This document shows, in pieces, positions 40,801 through 49,131 of a DNA stretch of 64,000 nt (position 1 is its first letter; each line of letters opens with the position of its first letter). The position numbers and the translations under genes are program-made. This DNA is from an uncultured virus (IMG/VR IMGVR_UViG_3300042270_000151) (lineage: Duplodnaviria; Heunggongvirae; Uroviricota; Caudoviricetes): positions 62,001-126,000 of IMG/VR virus record IMGVR_UViG_3300042270_000151. One strand, 5' to 3'. The notes under the pieces are model-generated. The model worked only from the letters and a program-made list of their open reading frames with translations. It was not told where the DNA came from and ran no database searches.

Positions 40801-41867
40801 TAAGGCTACTAAGTGGGTCTTCAGTGAAGAGGCTAATGTCACCGGCACTGCCGTAGCCTGATCACTGAAATTAATAACTTGTTAAACAAAGTCCCCTTAG
40901 GCAGAGATGTTTAAGGGATCCTCTCTAACTGCGGGAAACCCCTTTACAGCTCTAAGGTACCCCTTACCCACCGAAAGGTAGGGTAATCCCTCTCCCAGTA
41001 ATGGAAGTGAGAGGTATGGTAAAAACCCTTAGAGATTGGGCAACCGACGCAGCGAAGCTCCTACATTACCTGTGGGTAACACGGAGTGAGTTCAACGGCC
41101 ATCCGGTAGCGCGGAGTAGCGGGCAAGCGCCTGCCAAACGGGAGGCTTCCTAACCACACTGTGGAAGGAAGGTGATATGGTCTGCTCCCCTGTGAAAGCA
41201 GGGGCGGGTGTCTGAGCACACCGGCTGTAGTGTAGCGCCTACAGTGGACAAAAGGTTCGATGGTGATAAACGTCTTTAACTAAAGACATGTGTCCGCTAT
41301 ACGGGTAACTGTATAGTGATCGCTCTCTAATTGCGGGAACGGGCTAAAGCTTGTCTAACCACAACATAGGTCGAAAGGCCAAGTGTGAAGGTTACGAAAG
41401 TAGAAAAAATAGACAAGATGCGCTATGGCAATAGTAAGCCTAAGGCGCGTGACAATGTTCAACCACGCAGCCAATGACCTAAGGACTACTGTGAAGTAGG
41501 CTAGGGTCCAGGTCCGACGGTCAACCGGTAACCACGGTGTAGAGCCCAAGTGGGCAGAAATGGGAGCCCCCTTCTATATGGAGGGTGAAGATATGACCTC
41601 GACGTCCGGGTAACACCCGGAGAAGTTCATAAGAGAACTGCTTAAGTCTAACGAACTTAGGTGAAGACCTCGCAACTATCAGGCATGATAGCGCTCTCGA
41701 AACAGCAACACGATGCGTTTGAGTATTACCGCCCACATTACGGTATCCATTCGTATACGGATCCTGGAGAGTTTAACGGGGCATCGAGTCTACCGGAGGT
41801 AGATGTTGGTGTACTGGCTAACTGGCTGGAAGAAGAAGACTATGCAATAAAGGACGCAGCCTCTTAA
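37811..41867 (+). CDS. Non-virion RNAP beta-prime N-terminal subunit (phiKZ gp55-like), spliced from three exons: 37811-39046, 41256-41267, 41673-41867 (480 aa)
   Basis: CSCG...CPKC zinc finger, GRTPFAFRSVI and RYPTL; the spliced product reads APNAD|FDGD|QLSGM, the catalytic motif. Confidence 0.9.
39047..41255 (+). mobile_element. Group I intron 1 in the nvRNAP gene, HNH ORF in its 5' (P1) loop
   Basis: P AACTGCGGGAAA, Q ACCGACGCAG, R TTCAACGGCCA, S GATATGGTC and terminal G; GTTTAACAAGTTA/TAACTTGTTAAAC stem brackets the ORF. Confidence 0.88.
39113..40861 (+). CDS. HNH homing endonuclease with NUMOD1-like repeats (intron-encoded)
   Basis: VHRLVALTF, VNHKDGDKFNNSPFNLEWCT; repeated YPSVASAARA and FDSVNEAAERL helices. 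Confidence 0.88.
   Translation: MRCKIMENLSNEVSRGFRTPEESKEFPGYYVVPNHPDVLVNGVGEAISAINGEPLGRKCNSNGKRGYSTVQTFDEKAGRKKSVAVHRLVALTFLKRECSTHVVVNHKDGDKFNNSPFNLEWCTWGYNSHHAYQNGLRDDNRAIIRHDLVDGSTREWVTLNAAARDNGVGQENIHRWVNGEPKIRFGRYVFRYLSEKLTKTELARVDRVESTSHLGIEVVAINACSGSITIYPSVASAARAHNVLPATVRDICRYGRKHAINGHAFSFIGNKDALPTVSEIADATVKCSNDVVALDLSNGTEIVRPNCIALGAAIGVQPGTLSASLRRDNFYPINGYLVKKLLDDREWPSLEELSTYTRGRARPVVALSVKTQRRHDFDSVNEAAERLKISKYQIATNARKRRDCDLKGYVFRYTDELEKYPFPEIDLEYITKARTGKPLTLKVKDYVTGQEFCNLDTSQASTICGAKRPSITAARINSRLVRSRWLVRVQNDYRPWPTIEELIKYRDAYSITYAYSVTADDSGNRTLYLRLEDVAAAVNMELKRLRDALSQHDGVYRVNGLTVKATKWVFSEEANVTGTAVA
41268..41672 (+). mobile_element. Group I intron 2 in the nvRNAP gene (ORF-less, 405 nt)
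   Basis: P AATTGCGGGAA, Q AACCACGCAG, R CCGACGGTCA, S AAGATATGACC; P3 GCTCTC/GGGAGC; exon ends in T and intron ends in G. Confidence 0.85.
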
Positions 41868-41902
41868 GGGCTGCGTTTACTATAGGTAGGAGGAGGACTA
41901 AC

Positions 41903-42232
41903 ATGAATCATTCTGCTGCACGAGCCGCACTAATGATGCGGGTAGGGCGAAGTGCTGTCGCCATGGGTCAGCAAGAGTTTGCAGACTTATTAGGGCTGGC
42001 TAAATCTACGATTGCACGCAATGAGATACTGGAGATGGAGATGAGACTGTCTACAGTTGAACTCATGGAGGAGTCACTGGCGGACATGGGGGTCACCTTC
42101 AGCAAGGAATTAAAAGACGGTGGGTTTACTGTACGGGTGAGTGAAAAGGCCGTTACAGAATTACTGGCGCGGCTGGAGGACCCGAAGACTAGGCGCAGTG
42201 ATCGTAACGTACCTAAAGGAGGTGGCGTATGA
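41903..42232 (+). CDS. XRE-family helix-turn-helix protein
   Basis: MGQQEFADLLGLAKSTIARNE HTH. Confidence 0.8.
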   Translation: MNHSAARAALMMRVGRSAVAMGQQEFADLLGLAKSTIARNEILEMEMRLSTVELMEESLADMGVTFSKELKDGGFTVRVSEKAVTELLARLEDPKTRRSDRNVPKGGGV

Positions 42233-42810
42233 AGCTCTTTGATGATACCGAGGAATACCTTAACTACCTCAGCGTATGTGAGGTACCTCGTCCGGCCAAT
42301 GGGGGGTCGTCTATGATTCACCCAGGGGCAGGTATTGTAACTCACCCCATCGAAGAGGGTGGAGTCCACATCGCTATGGGGCGTACGGCGGACATGGGTA
42401 CGGTTACACTGTACCCCTACGGATTGGGATTTGATCGTAGCCGCATTATGCGGGAGCACATTTCCTTGTCAACGAGTGAGGACGGCACTATTGGCACCTG
42501 CTGTTTTACAGCACTGCTAAATGATGGCGGCATTCGTAACTACGTACGGTGTTTTGAGGTAACGGAATTGCAGGGCCAAACGCTGGGTACCCATGCAGAC
42601 ACAGGGATGCAGGGTCGGTTTCAGCTACCAACCGTAAAGGGTATTCAGAGCATTACACTGGATGCGGCTCTCTCTAGACCGGGAGACACCTGCATTTTGC
42701 GTACGGTAGACCTATACACCGATGAAATTAAACTTGTGCACTACCGACGGATGGTAGGTGAGCAAGGGTTAGCTTGGTATCCGATTAAGGTAAACCCAGT
42801 CCCTGAGTAA
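42229..42810 (+). CDS. Hypothetical protein
   Basis: ATGA overlap with the HTH gene; 193 aa. Confidence 0.6.
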   Translation: MKLFDDTEEYLNYLSVCEVPRPANGGSSMIHPGAGIVTHPIEEGGVHIAMGRTADMGTVTLYPYGLGFDRSRIMREHISLSTSEDGTIGTCCFTALLNDGGIRNYVRCFEVTELQGQTLGTHADTGMQGRFQLPTVKGIQSITLDAALSRPGDTCILRTVDLYTDEIKLVHYRRMVGEQGLAWYPIKVNPVPE

Positions 42811-42811
42811 A

Positions 42812-42821
42812 CCTATATTAC
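42812..42821 (+). promoter_or_regulatory. Early promoter motif CCTATATTAC
   Basis: Exact motif between genes. Confidence 0.8.
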
Positions 42822-42852
42822 TATATTGAACCTTTAACGAAGGAGTAACACA

Positions 42853-43509
42853 ATGGCAGTAATATACTCCGATCCCGACACTATGGCTTCGGCGCTATTT
42901 GCGCCCTCGAGTAATGACGCCATGAACTACATTCAATCGGGAATCCAGTCTTATATGGCTGCGATACCGAATGCACCGTCCTTTATCCGTGACCGGGTAA
43001 TGACGGGGTTTGAAAAGTTCAGAGAGTCTGAGATCGGTCGACACGTACAGGCAATCCGGTACAAAATCCGCAACTTTTGGCAGGACGATTCAATTCGCCC
43101 TATCTGGGATGTGGGATCACTTCAGCAAGCACCCAATAGCATGGTGCGGTGGGTGATGGCCAACCCAACCGTACGGGAATACTATCAGGATGACCGCATT
43201 GAAGGGTACGGTAAGCGGTATGTAGATCCTGCTCCGGATGCCAATGGGCGAGACTTCTACGATTATCGACAGGCGACTGAAGGGATTATTATGCCTCAGT
43301 ATACCCTGCGACAATTAGATGAGATGGAAAACCCACCCGTGCAGGTACCGGAATGCTACGTAAATTACTACGAGCCTCTGATCGGTATGGATTCACGCCT
43401 ACAGCACCTCGAAAAGGCGGCTATCCAGATGGCGTGGGCGGTTGCGGAGGATGCACTGGATGAAGGGCTATCCGATCCAACGTCTGAGTGGAATGCCACT
43501 GTGGGGTAA
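42853..43509 (+). CDS. Hypothetical phiKZ-like protein
   Basis: AAGGAG RBS; 218 aa ending DPTSEWNATVG. Confidence 0.65.
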   Translation: MAVIYSDPDTMASALFAPSSNDAMNYIQSGIQSYMAAIPNAPSFIRDRVMTGFEKFRESEIGRHVQAIRYKIRNFWQDDSIRPIWDVGSLQQAPNSMVRWVMANPTVREYYQDDRIEGYGKRYVDPAPDANGRDFYDYRQATEGIIMPQYTLRQLDEMENPPVQVPECYVNYYEPLIGMDSRLQHLEKAAIQMAWAVAEDALDEGLSDPTSEWNATVG

Positions 43510-43511
43510 GT

Positions 43512-43814
43512 ATGTCAAACGAAATAGTGGAATGTAAAACCCTGAGCTGGGAAGAGGTTGTGCCTAAGGGCACGCCTCTTCAGGCGATCGAATCGCGCAT
43601 TACAGAGGGGATTGTCAGTGAGCTTTGGACAGGGTTAGAGACCTACTCGAACCACTACGGGAGGAATACCGTACCGGAGTTCCATCCGTACTATAAGGGC
43701 CTATATGTTGCGAATGCTGAGCGTATCCATCGCGGCATCGAGGAGGCGGTAGAGGACTATCGGGTAAATGCCTTCTTTATGTTGCTCGGTCATTTAAACA
43801 CGGAGCGACGATAG
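43512..43814 (+). CDS. Hypothetical protein
   Basis: ATG 43512 in frame with ORF 43488-43814; followed by a terminator. Confidence 0.55.
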   Translation: MSNEIVECKTLSWEEVVPKGTPLQAIESRITEGIVSELWTGLETYSNHYGRNTVPEFHPYYKGLYVANAERIHRGIEEAVEDYRVNAFFMLLGHLNTERR

Positions 43815-43891
43815 CCCTTTCGGGGGCTATTTTTTTTGTAGTAAATAATGAGGCGGTGCATGGATGCTATATAAATAGGAGATTGACTGCA

Positions 43892-44311
43892 ATGACCACA
43901 ACACTGCCTATGTTGTCGGGTGAAGGCTGGCTACAGGATCCAACCCTCATTATGACCCGACTCTTTTCCCATATGTTTTTAACAGACCACTCACAGTCCA
44001 ACGTGTATCGCGGTAATGTAACGAGTCTGCAGTACGTGCTGTCCCAGCACGGTCAGAATCCAACTGAGCTGACCTCGGAAGTTGAGAAAGCGGTTAAGCT
44101 TTACTATAGCCGTTACTTCTCCAATGTAGATGTGAGCTTTACATTGAATGACGGTGCCAGTGAGGGGGCTAAAATGGCCTTTGACCTACACATCAGTGGT
44201 AGCTGGGAGGGGCAGCGCTATGACCTTCAGCGCCTCTTACAGGCGGACAACTCAACCGGCACCTTGCAATTTATACAGGCCTTTGATGCGAACGGAGAAC
44301 TACATGGATAA
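43892..44311 (+). CDS. Hypothetical phiKZ-like protein
   Basis: ATG 43892 after AGGAG, in frame with ORF 43856-44311. Confidence 0.6.
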   Translation: MTTTLPMLSGEGWLQDPTLIMTRLFSHMFLTDHSQSNVYRGNVTSLQYVLSQHGQNPTELTSEVEKAVKLYYSRYFSNVDVSFTLNDGASEGAKMAFDLHISGSWEGQRYDLQRLLQADNSTGTLQFIQAFDANGELHG

Positions 44312-44792
44312 TCCGAATCCCTATGGAAAACTACTGGATGAAATAGAAAACGGGTTTCCTAAGGTACCCGAGTCGCTCTTTCGACAGTTTATACCTCTGT
44401 TCTTTGAACCCACGACTCTCCCCGCTGAGGAACAGGAACGTCTACGCGAAGAATGGCTGAAGCTCGCGATTGATCCTCGCCTGTCGGTCTGGGTGATGTC
44501 CGAAGATGGTAAGGATCGACTATTCCGTGTACCGCCTATCACATACACCACGCAGGTACTGACGGGACGTAACATTGCAGGGCTCTTAAAAGAATGGGCC
44601 CTTCGAACAGAGGCCAGTCCCATGCACGGTGCCCGTTTTGCAGAAAAGCACATTACGAATGACCTGGTATTGGGTGCGGTGCCAGAAGAAGACGTCAGTG
44701 CCTGGCGTGAGATCATGGCGCGTTACAACATCGGGGGTGCCGGTGTGGTGAGTGAAACGGATGTAACCTTGGAGGATGCTGATGACTGGTAA
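44304..44792 (+). CDS. Hypothetical phiKZ-like protein
   Basis: ATG 44304 after GGAG, in frame with ORF 44148-44792. Confidence 0.6.
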   Translation: MDNPNPYGKLLDEIENGFPKVPESLFRQFIPLFFEPTTLPAEEQERLREEWLKLAIDPRLSVWVMSEDGKDRLFRVPPITYTTQVLTGRNIAGLLKEWALRTEASPMHGARFAEKHITNDLVLGAVPEEDVSAWREIMARYNIGGAGVVSETDVTLEDADDW

Positions 44793-45912
44793 GGGTACCA
44801 AACCCCTGCACCTTGCCTTTGTCTCGGATATACACCTGTGCCATAGCCGGGTCTCATCAAAAAATATCCTTAAATCCCTTAAAGCCGCGTTTCCTGATAA
44901 CCGTGAAACGGGTGCACTGGATGCCATCTTTATAGGGGGCGACCTGTTCGATCAGGTTGCTCACCTTTCCGATGCGGACGTTCAGGCAATTGAGCTCTGG
45001 ATGGCGGATTTACTGTCAGTCTGTAAACGGTGGAACATTATCCTTAGGGTGCTCGAAGGTACGCCCTCGCATGACCGGGGTCAATCCGTACTCTTTGAGA
45101 CGATCAACACCATTACCGGCATACAGGCCGACTGTAAGTATGTGGATACGCTTTCTATAGAGCGTATGGAGTCACTGGGACTGGATGTACTCTATGTGCC
45201 CGATGAATGGCGCATGGACCCTGAAGACACCTGGCAGGATGTACAGGCGGTACTGCTACAACACGGTCTGGATTCAGTAGACTATGCCATCATGCATGGG
45301 ATGTTTGAATTTCAGTTACCCACCAACGTAGTATTGCCCTGTCACGACTCTGAACGGTACCAGTCAATCGTTAAGCGATACATTTCCATTGGACACCACC
45401 ACGCTGCTCGGTTTCATGGGCGTATTTTTGCACAGGGGTCCTTGGATCGACTGGCACACGGTGAAGAGGGTGCCAAGGGACATGTACGGGTTACAGACTA
45501 TGGATGTAAAGACCATGCTGGGGATGAAATCGTTTTTGTTGAGAATCCCCACGCCACTCGGTTTGTAACCTATGAAGGTGAGGCGCTCAGTGATGAGCGT
45601 GTCGAAGAAACCTTGAAAGAAGCCGGCAGTCTACCACCGGGTTCACATGTGCGCTTTACCGTACCTCGAAACGATGCGTGCTTGCCGCTACTACAAGCCT
45701 TTAAACACAATGCCCCGCTTATACACTGTACCTTCAAGTACCTTAAGTCAGAGGAGGCTGCGCAGTTTAAACCGGTACTGGGTCAAACCTTTACCCCGAC
45801 ACCGTTGGGTAGAAACGATGCAGAAGCACTTATGGCGAATCGCCTTGCACAGAAAGGGGTCGAGGCCCATCTGTCTCAGAACGCCTTAGCGCTACTGCGC
45901 GCTCATCTATAA
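44776..45912 (+). CDS. SbcD/Mre11-like metallophosphoesterase nuclease
   Basis: SDIH, GGDLFD, GTPSHD, MHG and IGHHH motifs. Confidence 0.82.
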   Translation: MLMTGKGTKPLHLAFVSDIHLCHSRVSSKNILKSLKAAFPDNRETGALDAIFIGGDLFDQVAHLSDADVQAIELWMADLLSVCKRWNIILRVLEGTPSHDRGQSVLFETINTITGIQADCKYVDTLSIERMESLGLDVLYVPDEWRMDPEDTWQDVQAVLLQHGLDSVDYAIMHGMFEFQLPTNVVLPCHDSERYQSIVKRYISIGHHHAARFHGRIFAQGSLDRLAHGEEGAKGHVRVTDYGCKDHAGDEIVFVENPHATRFVTYEGEALSDERVEETLKEAGSLPPGSHVRFTVPRNDACLPLLQAFKHNAPLIHCTFKYLKSEEAAQFKPVLGQTFTPTPLGRNDAEALMANRLAQKGVEAHLSQNALALLRAHL

Positions 45913-45921
45913 GGAGGCTGT

Positions 45922-46722
45922 ATGGCTAACGTACAAGACCGAGCAATGGGGGAAACGCTCGCTTTTAGTGTCCCTACGGCTATACCGCTGGAGGAAAACT
46001 TAGCTGACCTGGGTAAGAAAGTGGACCATGTATGGATGAATATCTATACCCTCTTTCGAAACTACCATGGTAGCTTTGAAGATCCCTTGCTCGTGGACCG
46101 AGGGGAGTTTATACAAGGCTTTGCAGATGAGCTAGCGACCCTGCATGGGTTCGTCAATGCAGAGGTACCTACCCACTATTACATTACCGCGGTAGATGCC
46201 CTAAAACATCGACTGCCACTGGCTAAAGTAAAGACTCCCCATACCCAGCGTCAGCTAGTCTATAAAAACCTGGAACGATTGGCGATTGATAACCTTAAAC
46301 GCCAGCAGGGCATTCCGGTGCTACAACTGCAACATACGTTACCTGAGATGCGGGGACGTGGATGGGTACTCACTCACCATGCTATTGACTTATTGTCACG
46401 CTACCAGTTTAGCGACATGCAGTTGCTAGAAAGTCATACGGGACACATTCGTCCCCCCGTAGAATGGATCCGTAAATTAACCACCAACGAAAGCTACTAT
46501 CATTTGCCATTTAACCTTCTAACCATGCAAGTGCTGGGTGACCGTGGGACCCTGTTTTACGCAGGTAGTCACGCCCATAAAAAGGCATTGGTAGCCTGTG
46601 CCGCTGATGGTAAGTGGAAGCCCACCACGACCCGCGAGAAGGTACGCAGTGATGTACGTACCATAACCGATTCCGATATCCAAGAGCAGTTTACGAAAAT
46701 GTTAGCTGTCCGACTACCCTAG
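45922..46722 (+). CDS. Hypothetical phiKZ-like protein
   Basis: AAGGAGG RBS; 266 aa with LLESHTG. Confidence 0.6.
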   Translation: MANVQDRAMGETLAFSVPTAIPLEENLADLGKKVDHVWMNIYTLFRNYHGSFEDPLLVDRGEFIQGFADELATLHGFVNAEVPTHYYITAVDALKHRLPLAKVKTPHTQRQLVYKNLERLAIDNLKRQQGIPVLQLQHTLPEMRGRGWVLTHHAIDLLSRYQFSDMQLLESHTGHIRPPVEWIRKLTTNESYYHLPFNLLTMQVLGDRGTLFYAGSHAHKKALVACAADGKWKPTTTREKVRSDVRTITDSDIQEQFTKMLAVRLP

Positions 46723-46733
46723 GAGTATACCTC

Positions 46734-47483
46734 ATGGCTGATAATAAATTTATCCCACCCAAGAATTTCACCGATAACCCTAAGCTCTCCCTGGTCGGTG
46801 ATCTTTGGGATCCGAACATCAAAGGCAAGCGCCCCAACATGAAGCTGCGTGTGGTGAACGGGAACATCCGTATTACGGTATATCCTAACCACCCGGACGA
46901 TGGTGACAATAGTCCGCCGGTAAACGCGAACATGGATCCGGTGATCGGTAACATCTTTATGCGTATGCTGCTGGAGGCGGCATCCAATCCCAACTTTACC
47001 GTTGAAGGGATCAAAAACAAAAACTATGATTGGTCAGGCGGTGTTAAGTCTGAAAAGCTCGAGGTCATGTCAGAGGTTTACGTCGGCCGTGATGCAGAAG
47101 GCGTGGTCTCTATCATGGTGGAGTGTAAGAACGCCCCGCGTTGTGTGTTCCGTATGATGCCTAATTTCTACTATGCCCTGGTCGACAAGAACGGCAATCC
47201 GCTGGACCCTGCGGTTACGTCTAAGCGTGTGGTCGAAGGTTACGTAGACGCCATGCGTGAGGTGCTGGGTCCGGTACTCATTGATACCCATGAGAAGAAA
47301 GAAGCCCAAGACGCTAAGAAGCGTGAAGGGGGCCAGGGTGGCGGTCGCGGCAATTACGGCGGTGGTAACCGTGGTGGCAACGGCGGCGGCTACAACAGAT
47401 CCTCCGGTAACGGTGGTGGCGGTTATAAGAAAACCGGTTACGAAGGTAACGGTCGTTCTACTGACGTGTTTGCTGACGTATAA
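46734..47483 (+). CDS. Putative nucleic-acid-binding protein with Gly/Arg/Asn-rich tail
   Basis: Beta-rich core plus an SSB-like GGRGNYGGGNRGG disordered tail. Confidence 0.5.
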   Translation: MADNKFIPPKNFTDNPKLSLVGDLWDPNIKGKRPNMKLRVVNGNIRITVYPNHPDDGDNSPPVNANMDPVIGNIFMRMLLEAASNPNFTVEGIKNKNYDWSGGVKSEKLEVMSEVYVGRDAEGVVSIMVECKNAPRCVFRMMPNFYYALVDKNGNPLDPAVTSKRVVEGYVDAMREVLGPVLIDTHEKKEAQDAKKREGGQGGGRGNYGGGNRGGNGGGYNRSSGNGGGGYKKTGYEGNGRSTDVFADV

Positions 47484-47588
47484 ATACCCCTACACAGTGC
47501 GCAGTGCGCACTGTGTATGTATCTATGTTATTTTTTTATATACAGCGACACCACCAATGTAATAGGGCGTTATCGGAGAGAATGAAAA

Positions 47589-47598
47589 CCTATATTAC
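47589..47598 (+). promoter_or_regulatory. Early promoter motif CCTATATTAC
   Basis: Exact motif between genes. Confidence 0.8.
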
Positions 47599-47637
47599 CG
47601 GTAAGACAGTATCCTTTTGTAGGTCAAGGAGTGCAGT

Positions 47638-49098
47638 ATGGAGATAGAGATAGCGAACACCGGTACGACGGTCTTAAGAACCACCCATCGTGGACAGGAG
47701 TTGATCTGGCCCACCACGATGTTGTGGATGAAGCTCAGCGGCGGGGGTACCGATACGGCGTCAGTATATGGTCCTTTGAATGAGTATTGGCATACATTGC
47801 CGATGGATCTTCAGGACGAGTACCAGCGGGTCTACGAGGAAGCCTTTGAACTCATAGAAATGGAGACGTCCTTTGAGCTGCTGCAGATAGAACTGCGCTC
47901 ATTGGTAACACGATTACTGAATCTAGTGAACCACGAACATCTCCGATCGTGGACACTGGAATATGGACGCATAGCCTATAACAGTGATATCCATGATCGT
48001 TATACTGGAGAGTATCCCAGGCGCCAGACGTATCTCAAGGATGAATACAATGAGCTGGTCGTGCTGAGCATGTACTTTAAAATGGTTACCCCTATCTGGG
48101 GTAAGTTCATGTACGTAGCCCCGCCACTGGACCCGGCCTTTAAAGAGCTGGTAACGTACGATCTCCTCAAAGAGTCGTGTGTTCACAGACTTCCGGCCAT
48201 GGATCGACTGAAGGATTACTGTGAAGCGCTGGCGGAGAAAGACTCAAAGGCGTTGACTCCGGCTATCTGCACCCACATGGGTACCTCTGAGATACCGAGG
48301 TTCTATCTGGCAATGGTGATTGTACGGCGAATCTCCATTGGGGAGTTCCGTGATCCAGACAAGACGCTGATTAAGATCGCGTACAAGTTTCTGGAATCTA
48401 AAGCCAAGAATCTTTCCAATGGGGTGCGTGATAAACGCATCACGAAATCAGAGTCAGATGAAACTGAATCCGTTGTGGAGCGCTACCGCATTAGTCAATC
48501 GGTTCCTGATTACGCCGTGGTAGCCATGACGGCGTATGTGGATAACGTACCTGCCTTTGTGACGGGACTTAACCCACAGGGGAACGTAGATAAGGCGTTA
48601 GGGTACATCGATGCCATTCAGCAGAACATGGAGTTCTCTATAGGCGCCTACCACCTCCCTTTGATTGGCCTTGTATGTAAGCGGGTGATCTACCCGCGCA
48701 CCTGTCAGCTGGTGAAAAGCCGAGATACGTATCTACGTATGATCGGTGTAACGGCTGCATGGTTGAGTGACCATGGTTATCAGGGCCTGGCAAACATGAT
48801 GCTAAGCTGTCGTATTGAAAAGGATCCATCGACAGTGGATCTCTATTCGGTGGGCGGTGTAGCACTCTTACCGCTATCCAAAGGGTTCATTGAACCTCTA
48901 GAGGAAATATACCCTCATCAACGCATTGATGTACAGGGTCGTAGTCAAGGAAACCCTGGCATTATGTTGATCGACAACATAGTGTCTGAAATCAATTTGT
49001 ACGAGTGGCCAGATAAGGACACCGTACCAACTACCCTGCGCAACGACATTGCTCGACTGATCTGTCAGGTCGAAGATTATGTGTTGCCAACCCCATAA
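47638..49098 (+). CDS. Probable nvRNAP promoter-specificity (sigma-like) subunit, phiKZ gp68-like
   Basis: 486-aa helical protein in the gp68 position upstream of the nvRNAP beta subunit; synteny-based. Confidence 0.55.
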   Translation: MEIEIANTGTTVLRTTHRGQELIWPTTMLWMKLSGGGTDTASVYGPLNEYWHTLPMDLQDEYQRVYEEAFELIEMETSFELLQIELRSLVTRLLNLVNHEHLRSWTLEYGRIAYNSDIHDRYTGEYPRRQTYLKDEYNELVVLSMYFKMVTPIWGKFMYVAPPLDPAFKELVTYDLLKESCVHRLPAMDRLKDYCEALAEKDSKALTPAICTHMGTSEIPRFYLAMVIVRRISIGEFRDPDKTLIKIAYKFLESKAKNLSNGVRDKRITKSESDETESVVERYRISQSVPDYAVVAMTAYVDNVPAFVTGLNPQGNVDKALGYIDAIQQNMEFSIGAYHLPLIGLVCKRVIYPRTCQLVKSRDTYLRMIGVTAAWLSDHGYQGLANMMLSCRIEKDPSTVDLYSVGGVALLPLSKGFIEPLEEIYPHQRIDVQGRSQGNPGIMLIDNIVSEINLYEWPDKDTVPTTLRNDIARLICQVEDYVLPTP

Positions 49099-49131
49099 CA
49101 ATATTGACCTTTAACCACCGAGGAAATTATT

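Noticed and set aside
41355..41736. Short minus-strand ORFs 41355-41549 and 41521-41736
   Set aside because: They lie antisense to the intron 2 ribozyme core and exon 3 with no recognisable motifs.
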